64,000 nucleotides of DNA, from positions 1 through 64,000 of IMG/VR virus record IMGVR_UViG_2919380674_000001; one strand, given 5' to 3'. Position 1 is the first letter of the stretch; each line of letters begins with the position of its first letter. The DNA comes from a virus. Taxonomy: Duplodnaviria; Caudoviricetes. This document shows positions 1-8,526 of the stretch, piece after piece. The notes below the pieces were generated by a model. It was not told where the DNA came from, did no database searches, and saw only the letters and a list, made by a program, of their open reading frames with translations. Both the position numbers and the translations under genes were made by a program.

Positions 1-693
1 ATGGTGGTGCACGAATTGAAGCAGCAGATTTCAGCGCAAGAGCGTCGCATGGATTACTCGATAACGAATTTTTACCTCGACAATCTTGCAGTGGCAGGAG
101 TTATCAGTTGTGATGAGCTTAGGGCGGCTCAAGATTTTATTTCTGCCGAGCTTAAGGTCTTCAGCGCAGTCCGGAAAATACTTGGCTTTGGCAAACCACG
201 TTCTTTTGGTAGGCAGCTTTCCGGGCGAATTGAATGCGAAGATTGCGGCGCTAAGTACGGTCACAAGACCTGGCATTCTGGTACACCCCACCGGGCGGAC
301 GTGTGGGAGTGCGCAACAAACCACAAGAAACGTGGCAGCTGCGTTACTCCGCATATTTATCAGGAGATACTGCAGCGCAAGCTGGTCGAAAGTCAGCAAA
401 TTCTCGCAGAGCGGCATCAGGATTTACGCAAAGGAGTAGTGGGGGTTCTGCGTAAAATTGGGTGTGTGGCTACGTCTCAGTTTTTGCATGCCCGTATGCG
501 TAGTTTTGAGCGTAGCGGTGATGCGGTGTTGTTCCTTCCTGATTTTCTTGAAATTCTCGAAGGCGGGATGGTGCTTACTAGCAACCAGCTGGGTCTAGTT
601 TTCATCACTGGGGAGGCCGTAACACTCGACCTCCCGCAGCGATGGACTCCAGTGCTATATGCAGATGATTTAGCAGTTAAAGGGCGTTGCTGA
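1..693 (+). CDS. SHOCT-like plus recombinase zinc-ribbon protein with no visible catalytic resolvase domain (may be 5'-truncated by the window edge)
   Basis: LSGRIECEDCGAKYGHKTWHS...WECATNHKKRGSC matches the Zn-ribbon of the recombinase at 54795-56375; the N-terminal YLDNLAVAGVISCDEL segment resembles the small SHOCT-type ORF at 53289. Confidence 0.65.
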   Translation: MVVHELKQQISAQERRMDYSITNFYLDNLAVAGVISCDELRAAQDFISAELKVFSAVRKILGFGKPRSFGRQLSGRIECEDCGAKYGHKTWHSGTPHRADVWECATNHKKRGSCVTPHIYQEILQRKLVESQQILAERHQDLRKGVVGVLRKIGCVATSQFLHARMRSFERSGDAVLFLPDFLEILEGGMVLTSNQLGLVFITGEAVTLDLPQRWTPVLYADDLAVKGRC

Positions 694-807
694 CCGGAGA
701 CACACGCACTCCTCGTCATTATTTTGGAAAAAGTTCGACAGGACAATAAGGGTGAGCAGAGACCTAACGCGGAGCGCTCACAGGCAAGACGGGCAAGGTG
801 AAGCAGA

Positions 808-859
808 AACCGGTTCACTTCTCGTAGGCTCCACCATTGCCACTCAACTTTGGATACAA
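808..859. other. att-like site 1 (hybrid; only the right arm is conserved)
   Basis: Right arm ACCATTGCCACTCAACTTTGGATACAA aligns without gaps (27 nt) to the right arms at 3652-3678 and 56485-56511; the left arm is not symmetric. Confidence 0.55.
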
Positions 860-1027
860 AAGTGTGAGTGCGAACAGAACTCTTCGGGTTCCGCTTTTTA
901 CTTGGTAGAACGTGGAAAACGAGGGGTTTTCTGCGTTCGGGTTGGGTGCGCATCAGGGCTAGAGGAGTCTGGGCGAGGCCCTTTTGGGGAGCCCAGACGT
1001 CGGTCTGGTTGTCCGAGCGCCCGAGGG

Positions 1028-1063
1028 TGTCAAAAAGTGCAGGCCACCGTCAAAAAGTATGGA
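1028..1063 (+). repeat. GTCAAAAAGT direct repeats, 20-bp period, downstream of att-like site 1
   Basis: tgtcaaaaagtgc at 1028 and cgtcaaaaagtatgg at 1048; the whole 841-1063 block is a diverged copy of 3661-3880. Confidence 0.6.
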
Positions 1064-1119
1064 TGGGGGACCGCGTCCAAAGCGAACTACGCCAACGATC
1101 AGGCCGCTACGTCTCACGC

Positions 1120-1770
1120 ACTCCCCCCCCCTCACCAAAATGATCTACTGCGCCGATTGCGGGGGATCTTCGGATGCAAGACCTGGCACTCGAACACCAA
1201 GTACGAACGACGCATCTGGCGCTGCAACAACAAATACGGACACGGCAAGACCCCATGCGCCACACCACACGTCACCGATACCGACTAGAGCAAGCCTTCG
1301 TCGAAGCTCTCGCTGAGCGCGTCAAGTCAAACACCGGTGCCCGCAACGCGCTCGAAATCCTTGAAGCAACAGTTTTTGACACGAGTGAGCTGGAAGCCCA
1401 ACGTGACCGTGCTGCTCAGCAGGTTGAGGAAATCACAGTCTTAATCGACCAGCTGGTTCTCACCGCAGTACAGACCGCGATCGACCCAGACGAGTACGAC
1501 CAGAAGTACGCCGAGCTTGAAGCCCGCTACAATCAGGCCTGCACTAAGCGCGCTGACCTTAAATCACAGATCACCGACCGGCACGCACGCCTCGAACAAG
1601 CACGCACCATCTGCGACTTCCTGGACTCCAACCCGCCGCTCGAGTACCGCGACGACGCCTGGTCGCTACTCGTTGACCATGCCATGGTCGACACTGAAGG
1701 CGCCGTCAGCGTCAGGTTTAAGGATGAGGCCACAGGTGCGTATGGGCCGGAGGTTGGCGGTCAGTTTTGA
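1120..1770 (+). pseudogene. C-terminal remnant of a large serine recombinase (Zn ribbon plus coiled coil) with two frameshifts
   Basis: PLTKMIYCADCGG / IFGCKTWHSNTKYERRIWRCNNKY...CATPHVTD / LEQAFVEALAE... lie in three ORFs and are collinear with the C-terminus of 54795-56375; the shifts fall at a G run (~1165) and at ~1282. Confidence 0.8.
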
Positions 1771-1897
1771 TAGACTTCCAAAGTCAGGACCGTGTTAAGA
1801 CATCAGATATTGAGGAGTTTGTCGTTCCGATGAGCATGTGATTTCCACTCAGCCTTGGCTGAGACGTATCAGAAGTTTCTACGTCCCGGAGATCAGT

Positions 1898-3514
1898 ATG
1901 CTTTCAATTAACCTTGACACTATTTCTTTTTCTTACGGTTCTCACCGTGTGTTGGATCATGTAAGCCTGCATGTTGGCGAGGGGGAACGAGCGGTACTCA
2001 TCGGACCAAATGGCTGTGGTAAGACAACTCTGCTTAAGATCATTAGGGGAGACCTCCAACCAGATTCAGGAAGGGTTGTTTCTTGCACAGCAAATCACCT
2101 CGTGCCAGATCCTGATGGTTTTGAAGGCCAAGTAGCGAAGTACTTTGATGTCGCCCTAGGACCGCTCAACGACTTGTCGGCGCGCTTTAAGCAGATCACC
2201 GTTTCCCTTGCCAACGGTGATAAGGCGCAGGAATCGGAATATGACCGGGTACTAGCGGAAATGACCGCACACGACGTATGGTCCCTCGATGCCCGAGCCG
2301 CTGAAGTACTAGCTGGTTTAGGACTGGCTGGAATTGGCATGTCGTCGGAACGTGACATGTCATCATTGTCTCCCGGCCAGCGCGCGCGTTTACGGTTGGC
2401 AGCGCTGTTACTCTTACACCCCGACGTTCTGATTCTTGATGAGCCAACCAACCATCTCGATATCGCGGCAATCGACTTCTTATCCAACACAATCAAGAAC
2501 TGGGCAGGGCCAGTGCTCCTAGCCAGTCACGATCGAGCCTTTATCGACAACATTGCGACCGTCATTTATGACATGGACGTCACCGTGTGGCGCGAACTTG
2601 CGAAGGCACAAGGTGACACGAGCGTCCAGGGTTTACACCGTAACGCCGGAAACTACTCGGACTACCTGAATGCAAAGGAGACAGCGCGAAGCAAACACCA
2701 TCAAATTCACGCTGAACAACAAACCCAGAAGCGTCACTTGCGAGTGCATCGTCAAGAGAGCATGAAGATCGCACGTGGTGGGGTCCGGCTCGAAACCGCT
2801 TCAGGGAAAGCAAAGAAATTCTACTCCGATCGAGCAGCATCAACGTCAGTTAAGCGAACACGCAATGACGATATGCGACTAGAGCGGCTCGATGAGCGCG
2901 AAGTAAGAAAACCTCGCTACTACGAATTGGAGTTCCCACACCGGCAAGGCCCCTTGACTACCGGAATCGCAGTATCAGCACGACAAGCTGGCGTGGCGCA
3001 TCGACTTACACCACTAGACCTCGATCTTTCAGTAGGGGAGCACCTGTTAGTCACAGGCGCGAACGGTTCAGGAAAGACCACGCTTTTGAACTGGATTGCC
3101 ACCGGCAAACCACCATCAGGCGCAACCGTAAGCGGGTTCTTGTCCCGAGATAGCTCCATCGGTCACGTACCTCAGCGTCTGCCTGTGGAAGAGGATCCCG
3201 GATTCGGTAGTGACATCTGGCGACATGGAATTGGAGCGATTGGCAAAGGAATCTTGCACCCATCGACGTGGTCTAGTCCCATCGCGGAGCTGTCTGCTGG
3301 AAACCAGCGCCGAGCACAGATTGCTATCGCATTAACCAACCACCCTGCACTTCTGATCATTGATGAGTCGACCAACTACCTCGACCTCGATACTATGCAA
3401 GCGCTAGAAGATACTCTACAAACATGGGAAGGAACGCTCATTATCGCGAGTCACGATCGATGGCTGATCGAACACTGGCATGGACGCAGACTTCAACTGA
3501 CGCACAGTAAATAG
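1898..3514 (+). CDS. ABC-F family ATPase, candidate ribosome-protection (antibiotic resistance) protein
   Basis: Two ABC domains (GPNGCGKT, LSPGQ, LILDEPTNHLD; GANGSGKT, LSAGN, LIIDESTNYLD), no TM segments, long basic interdomain linker; ATG at 1898 (ORF open from 1838). Confidence 0.88.
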   Translation: MLSINLDTISFSYGSHRVLDHVSLHVGEGERAVLIGPNGCGKTTLLKIIRGDLQPDSGRVVSCTANHLVPDPDGFEGQVAKYFDVALGPLNDLSARFKQITVSLANGDKAQESEYDRVLAEMTAHDVWSLDARAAEVLAGLGLAGIGMSSERDMSSLSPGQRARLRLAALLLLHPDVLILDEPTNHLDIAAIDFLSNTIKNWAGPVLLASHDRAFIDNIATVIYDMDVTVWRELAKAQGDTSVQGLHRNAGNYSDYLNAKETARSKHHQIHAEQQTQKRHLRVHRQESMKIARGGVRLETASGKAKKFYSDRAASTSVKRTRNDDMRLERLDEREVRKPRYYELEFPHRQGPLTTGIAVSARQAGVAHRLTPLDLDLSVGEHLLVTGANGSGKTTLLNWIATGKPPSGATVSGFLSRDSSIGHVPQRLPVEEDPGFGSDIWRHGIGAIGKGILHPSTWSSPIAELSAGNQRRAQIAIALTNHPALLIIDESTNYLDLDTMQALEDTLQTWEGTLIIASHDRWLIEHWHGRRLQLTHSK

Positions 3515-3545
3515 CTTGATGAATGCTGAAAGCCCTGGTCAGGAA

Positions 3546-3620
3546 GTGGGTGCATGCGACCTGAAATCTGCACCCACCCAGCCAGATTTTGCACCCACCT
3601 GATCTAAAAATGCACCCACC
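3546..3620. repeat. TGCACCCACC repeats: three direct copies at 21-bp period plus one inverted copy
   Basis: Direct copies at 3569, 3590 and 3611; inverted GTGGGTGCA at 3546; the array abuts att-like site 2. Confidence 0.85.
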
Positions 3621-3626
3621 TGGGCT

Positions 3627-3678
3627 TTGTAGCCAAAGTTGAGTACAGACAACCGTTTGTACTCACTCTTGGATACAA
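3627..3678. other. att-like site 2 (symmetric, 52 bp, central AC); probable left prophage boundary
   Basis: TTGTAGCCAAAGTTGAGTACAGAC-AACC-GTTTGTACTCACTCTTGGATACAA is an imperfect inverted repeat. Confidence 0.65.
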
Positions 3679-3845
3679 TGATTTGAGTGAGTTGAGAACC
3701 CCTCGGGTTACATGCTTTGCCTAGTCAAGCGCGTAATCCTAGGGGTTTTCTGCGTTCTGGGTGTGACAGAGTGGTCGCTGGGGAGGGTCGATTGGAGCTG
3801 AATCTGGTGTCTGTTGGGTGGTCTACTGGTCCGAGCGCCCGAGAG

Positions 3846-3917
3846 CGTCAAAAAGAGCAGGCTACCGTCAAAAGTATGGGTAGGCGCCAAAAGTGCTCAC
3901 GGGGCGTCAGAAGACGC
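3846..3917 (+). repeat. CGYCAAAAG repeats (~20-bp period) downstream of att-like site 2
   Basis: cgtcaaaaag 3846, cgtcaaaagtatggg 3866, cgccaaaag 3885, cgtcagaag 3905. Confidence 0.6.
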
Positions 3918-3986
3918 TAGCGGGATCATGGCTGGGACACGTGTGTCCAGACAGGCTTGGTCATCTTCGATTGATAGAATTTCGTC

Positions 3987-4949
3987 ATGGTAGAAGCATC
4001 TGAGATTGAGCGCGAGCTAGAGATAGCCCAAGACACGCTACAGGAGCTAGCTGGCGACGATGTGGATGCGATCGAGATAAAAAGCGTTGAGGCTGATGAG
4101 GCGCCGTTCCTCGCTCGGATCGTCAGCAAACTGAGCCCGATGGTCGGAAATCTTATGGAGCAGCGAATTGCTTCTATTCTCAATGAAGCCGCATCTGACG
4201 GGTTTGAGTGGCATCGGCAGGATCCCGGATTTCCAGACGCGGTGCTTGTCGATAGCACGTCCAGAGAGATTTTGGCAGGGTATGAGATCAAGGCTTGGTT
4301 CGTGTTGAGCACGGAGATTACTGGTCGTTTCCGCGAATCTGTGAATCTGCTTCTGGATCAAAATATCAATGTCGTGATCGTTGCTTGGTGTATGAGCAAT
4401 CTCGTTTTTGGTGAGCCTAAAGTGCTCGGAACGCTAATTGTTTCTGGTGAAGAATTGGCGCGTAGTCGCGATAGTCATTATCACAAACCTCCGCACTATC
4501 TGACGATCGAGCCCAATGATACAAGCAGTCGGACGGCAAATCTTCAGCAATCGAACGTAAATGGGTACAGATTACAGGTTGAGAAGTCTGATCCGAAGTT
4601 GCTCCAAGAGGCCTTGGATCGGGAGTTTTCTACGTCGAACCCGTGTTCTGAAGAGGCTCAAGCTGAGGCTACAGAATTGATGCGTGACCTCGAATATCGC
4701 CTCGATACGAACTTTGCGAAAATTGATCGCGTTGCAAACAAAGATGTCGAGGACTTCAAAAGGCGGATCATGAAATTGAAGTACCTAGACAAAACGATTT
4801 CGAGTTGGAAAACTGTGTTCTCAGATCTTACAAGCACTAATGATAAGAAACGGGAGAAGGCTGAAGCTACCATCATGCAGTTCTACGACTCGATGAAGGT
4901 CGAAGAACCTAAAACATCGGTTTCTGAAGAGTCTGAAGGCGCTCACTAG
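3987..4949 (+). CDS. Putative type II restriction endonuclease (PD-(D/E)xK fold)
   Basis: FPDAVLVD...GYEIKAW motif; convergent with and overlapping a DNA methyltransferase. Confidence 0.65.
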   Translation: MVEASEIERELEIAQDTLQELAGDDVDAIEIKSVEADEAPFLARIVSKLSPMVGNLMEQRIASILNEAASDGFEWHRQDPGFPDAVLVDSTSREILAGYEIKAWFVLSTEITGRFRESVNLLLDQNINVVIVAWCMSNLVFGEPKVLGTLIVSGEELARSRDSHYHKPPHYLTIEPNDTSSRTANLQQSNVNGYRLQVEKSDPKLLQEALDREFSTSNPCSEEAQAEATELMRDLEYRLDTNFAKIDRVANKDVEDFKRRIMKLKYLDKTISSWKTVFSDLTSTNDKKREKAEATIMQFYDSMKVEEPKTSVSEESEGAH

Positions 4950-5928
4950 CCATTTGGTAGAAATCATCGTTGATTTCGGCGGCCCACGGATGTCTTCCTA
5001 GCTGAAGCGCTGCTACGGAAGCGGTACAGAGTCCTCCAAACGGTTCCCAAACTGTATCTCCGGGATTGGTGCTTGCCTGGATGATACGTGTCATCAGGTC
5101 GAGCGGTTTTTGGTTCAGGTGGCTCGCACTCATTTGGGTAGGCTTACCTGCACGCGGGGCAGACTTAATGAGGCTTCCGCGATAACGCTCTCTACCTCTA
5201 AGACTTGGCCTGTCCCAAACGTTTGTTATGCCATGTTCGTAGTTCCAGGGAGATCTAGTTCCCGCCCACTCGTCCGCGGTGACCGGAGATACCCCATTCA
5301 GTGAATAGTAGGGGCGGCCAGCAGGATCGCCGTGCTCGTTTGCGTACGCAACGATTTTCATCATTGCATCGACTGGCGGGTAGTACCAAAGCCAACCTTG
5401 GTCAAAGTACTTGCGAGTGGCAGCGTTTTTCACTCCGCATGCTTCGTTCGCTAGCCGTTGGGGAAGACCAGTTCTCTTCCACTCCGACAGAAGCCATTCC
5501 TTCATATGAATATGCCCAGAACTATTATCGGATGACGAGATAAGTGGCTTGCGGGTGTAGAAAACACATACCTCTGTTACCACAGGGAAGCGACGTATCG
5601 TCTTGGAATTCACGTTACCTGCTACTTGCCCGACGCCCTTATTCCAGATATTTGTGAACTCATATTGCCAGCCGTTCTCATCGAGGACGGGATGCGCATT
5701 TGCCCAGCCGACTTCTGTGTTCCAAAACCACAATGTGGTCGCCAGAGTGGAACGCTTAGACCATTCTTCGATGTGAGGTCTGTACCAATCAGCTAGTCCG
5801 TCTGGGGTTCTAGGGTCGCCTGGAAAGCCTCCAACTCCGTACGCGCCGTCGCTGACAATAGTGTTGGGCGTTTGCCATTGACTGTAGACATCAAGGGCGT
5901 CGTTGTGGAAAAGATTAAAGTCTGTCAT
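4909..5928 (-). CDS. N4-cytosine/N6-adenine DNA methyltransferase (beta-type motif order)
   Basis: Motif IV variant IVSDGAYG near the N-terminus; HLNQKPLDL and VWEPFGGLCT (motif I) near the C-terminus. Confidence 0.85.
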   Translation of the reverse strand: MTDFNLFHNDALDVYSQWQTPNTIVSDGAYGVGGFPGDPRTPDGLADWYRPHIEEWSKRSTLATTLWFWNTEVGWANAHPVLDENGWQYEFTNIWNKGVGQVAGNVNSKTIRRFPVVTEVCVFYTRKPLISSSDNSSGHIHMKEWLLSEWKRTGLPQRLANEACGVKNAATRKYFDQGWLWYYPPVDAMMKIVAYANEHGDPAGRPYYSLNGVSPVTADEWAGTRSPWNYEHGITNVWDRPSLRGRERYRGSLIKSAPRAGKPTQMSASHLNQKPLDLMTRIIQASTNPGDTVWEPFGGLCTASVAALQLGRHPWAAEINDDFYQMASERLQTLQKPMF

Positions 5929-5973
5929 ATCTGCCTCTCGTTGGCTAGATGTTGTCTCTCGTGCTCGCGATAG

Positions 5974-6219
5974 TCAAGTTCGGGTCTCGTTAGAGGTACT
6001 TGAGTCCCGGCGCTCAACTTGGCAAATGTCTGAGATGTTGCAATCCAGTGCTTCGCAAATCCGTAGAAGAATATCCGTGGTGACGTTGCCTCCACGTCCG
6101 AGCTTGGCGATGGTTGCTGGGCTGAGCCCTGCGAGTTCTTGGAGCTGGGTTTTGGTCATGTCACGGTCGATGAGGAGCTTCCACAGGGGTTTGTAGCTGA
6201 AGGTGGGGCTATTGGGCAT
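5974..6219 (-). CDS. Cro/C1-type (XRE) HTH transcriptional regulator
   Basis: SYKPLWKLLIDRDMTKTQLQELAGLSPATIAKLGRG...ICEALDCNISDI. Confidence 0.9.
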   Translation of the reverse strand: MPNSPTFSYKPLWKLLIDRDMTKTQLQELAGLSPATIAKLGRGGNVTTDILLRICEALDCNISDICQVERRDSSTSNETRT

Positions 6220-8083
6220 CGGGTTCCTCCGTGTCGATGATGTCCTCGTCGTGGATGTCTTCGAGGAAGCCGTAGCGGCCGTGACTTTCTTGTTTGGTGA
6301 AGTAAATCAGGTTGCAACGGGATTGCAGTTTGGTGATGTCGGGCATGTATTTGATGTTGTCGACAATGATCATCTGACCGAGATCTTGACGCTCGGTCAG
6401 GAAGTCATACAGGGCTATCGGGATGGTCTCTCGGGCTTCTTGAAGCTCGGGATCGAGCTGCGGGTCATCGAGACCAAGGAGCGGAGTGTCGATCATGAGG
6501 ACACCTGGGCTGTGCATGGCAGCCTCTGAGGCGAAGTATTCGCGCAGCGTGAGCAGCACCGCTGTGTTCACGAACGAACGGTAGCCCTTGCCTTGCTTGC
6601 TTTTCGTTTTCCCGTTGACCACGCCATCAAACAGTTCACGCGAGAACGTTGCACGGTCAAGACGCGGGAACGCACACGCCCCAAGAGTGTCGAGCAAGCC
6701 TTCGCTCATCTTTTCCCAAAACGATTCCGGGAACTCATTGGTGGCATTGAAATTACCTTTGGGGAACGTCTTAGCTTGGCGCTCAGCGATTTCTTGCTCG
6801 ATCGCTGTTTTGCGCTCGCGGAGTTCTTCCAGTTCGGTTTGCATCGCAACGACTGCATTGTTGGCGGCAATGCTGGATGCGAGGGCATGTAGTTGCGGGC
6901 GTAGCTGGTTTTCAATGTGTTCTGTAATGCGCCGGGAGTGGAAGGCTAGTTGTTGTTCTTCTGCAACGAGTGGTGCGTGTTCGGTTTCCATTTGGGTGAT
7001 CGTCTGGCGTAGCCCGTCAAGCCTGGTGAGAAGGTTTTGCCGCTCGCGCGGATCAGGTTCAGCCGCGGCAGGCGTCTTGTCTGCTGGCAGGGTTTGCTCA
7101 CAGATGGGACACGATTCAGGTGCGGGGATAGCACTGGTAAGCACGTGGCCTTCGTGAACGAAGTCGAAACGGTCGATTTTGGCTTGGTAGGAGGACGCGA
7201 GTTCTTCGTAGCGATGCCGAAGCGCGCCAGATTCGGCTAACTGGTCACGGATTTCTTGGAGCCGGGAGGCTACCTGTTCACCTTCACGTGCAGCGTTCTC
7301 AATGAGCGTGTTGACGTGTGCGACCTGTGCAGATAGTTCGTCGATAGTGCGTTGGGCTTGGTCGGGGTTGCTGGTTTCGAGGGCTGCTTCGAGGGTATCG
7401 ATGCGTTGGCGTAGCTCGTCTGGTTTTGGAGTCAGGTAGTCGATGATCGCGTTGTTTCGTAGCTTCTTGGTTTCGTTGTTCTCCTCGCGTGCGTATGCGG
7501 CGTAGTCCTTGTCGGTGATGAACGCTGCGAGCGTGCATTTAGCGGCGGTGTGTGCCGTGTTTTGCTCTGGTAGGAGGATAGGGGCTTTCTTGGTGATGTT
7601 GTCTTCGTCAGCGTAGAACGCGTGGGAAACTGTGCGCCATGTTAGGTTTTGAACGTCGTAGTTCTGGTTCTTGATGACCTTGAGTTCATCAGGATTCTCG
7701 AACCCTGCTAGGCGCAGCCACAGGGAGTTGAGTAGCGCCCTGTTTTTGGTCTTGTTGAGCCGGTATTGTCCTGATGGGATCCGTTTGTCGGTGCTCGTAA
7801 CGTCGACGATGGTGTGGCCTTGCCCGATTGGGCGTGTGAGCGTTAGTTGTCCGAACGGGGTGCGTAGCCCCATGCGTACTTCGGTGTATCCGGACTGCTC
7901 GTCGATGGCGAAATCCTTGGTGGCCGCGCCGAACATGTAGTCGATTGATTGCAAGACCCAGGATTTTCCGGTGTTTGATGGCCCGCACACGATATTGAGG
8001 CCGTCGGTGAGGTTGATGCGGGAGTCTTCGCGGGTGGGGTGTCCTGCCACCGTGATGTGAGTAATCCAAAAGCCTGGTTTCAT
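6209..8083 (-). CDS. ABC-three-component/Lamassu-like SMC/Rad50-type ATPase (LmuB-like)
   Basis: Walker A GPSNTGKS, long coiled coil with a CPIC zinc hook, C-terminal KQGKGYRS and VLMIDTP Walker B. Confidence 0.8.
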   Translation of the reverse strand: MKPGFWITHITVAGHPTREDSRINLTDGLNIVCGPSNTGKSWVLQSIDYMFGAATKDFAIDEQSGYTEVRMGLRTPFGQLTLTRPIGQGHTIVDVTSTDKRIPSGQYRLNKTKNRALLNSLWLRLAGFENPDELKVIKNQNYDVQNLTWRTVSHAFYADEDNITKKAPILLPEQNTAHTAAKCTLAAFITDKDYAAYAREENNETKKLRNNAIIDYLTPKPDELRQRIDTLEAALETSNPDQAQRTIDELSAQVAHVNTLIENAAREGEQVASRLQEIRDQLAESGALRHRYEELASSYQAKIDRFDFVHEGHVLTSAIPAPESCPICEQTLPADKTPAAAEPDPRERQNLLTRLDGLRQTITQMETEHAPLVAEEQQLAFHSRRITEHIENQLRPQLHALASSIAANNAVVAMQTELEELRERKTAIEQEIAERQAKTFPKGNFNATNEFPESFWEKMSEGLLDTLGACAFPRLDRATFSRELFDGVVNGKTKSKQGKGYRSFVNTAVLLTLREYFASEAAMHSPGVLMIDTPLLGLDDPQLDPELQEARETIPIALYDFLTERQDLGQMIIVDNIKYMPDITKLQSRCNLIYFTKQESHGRYGFLEDIHDEDIIDTEEPDAQ

Positions 8084-8526
8084 CGGGACTCTCCTGGGGT
8101 GGCTGCGGTGAGAATGAATGATGTGAGCGTGTTGGTGTCTTGGTCGTCGACACGCTCAATGGTCTCCAGCGCGGCGTTGAAAAAGTCCGTGGCGTATTGG
8201 GTGCTGAGCCGGTTAACCAGCGTGGCGCCTTCGTCACTGATGACGAAGCGTCCATGCCCGTTGTCCTGGGTGTAGTGGACGAGCCCTTGGATGGTCATGT
8301 GCTGCAAGGCTTGGGTCATGAGGTTGGTGCGGGCGTTCAGTTCGCCGGAGGCGAGCCGGTGGGTGCCGTTCACGTTCGTTTCGCCCAGACCGAAGGTGTG
8401 TGCATTGACGGTGAGCGTGTCAAGGCATGCCAAGTAGTCCACGTCGGTTGGCTCGTCGAGAAGGAATAGGAAGATCAGGGCGCGAAGCTCGGCTTCGAAG
8501 CTGGTATCGAGGGCTGAAAGTCTCAT
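8080..8526 (-). CDS. ABC-3C middle component (MC2 / LmuC-like)
   Basis: FEAELRAL...YLACLDTLTV...FGLGETNVNG...GELNAR...GLV pattern; ATGA overlaps with both neighbours. Confidence 0.75.
   Translation of the reverse strand: MRLSALDTSFEAELRALIFLFLLDEPTDVDYLACLDTLTVNAHTFGLGETNVNGTHRLASGELNARTNLMTQALQHMTIQGLVHYTQDNGHGRFVISDEGATLVNRLSTQYATDFFNAALETIERVDDQDTNTLTSFILTAATPGESR

Noticed and set aside
1120-1290. Programmed frameshifting in the recombinase remnant
   Set aside because: The catalytic N-terminus is absent; single-base losses in short runs fit decay or sequencing error better.
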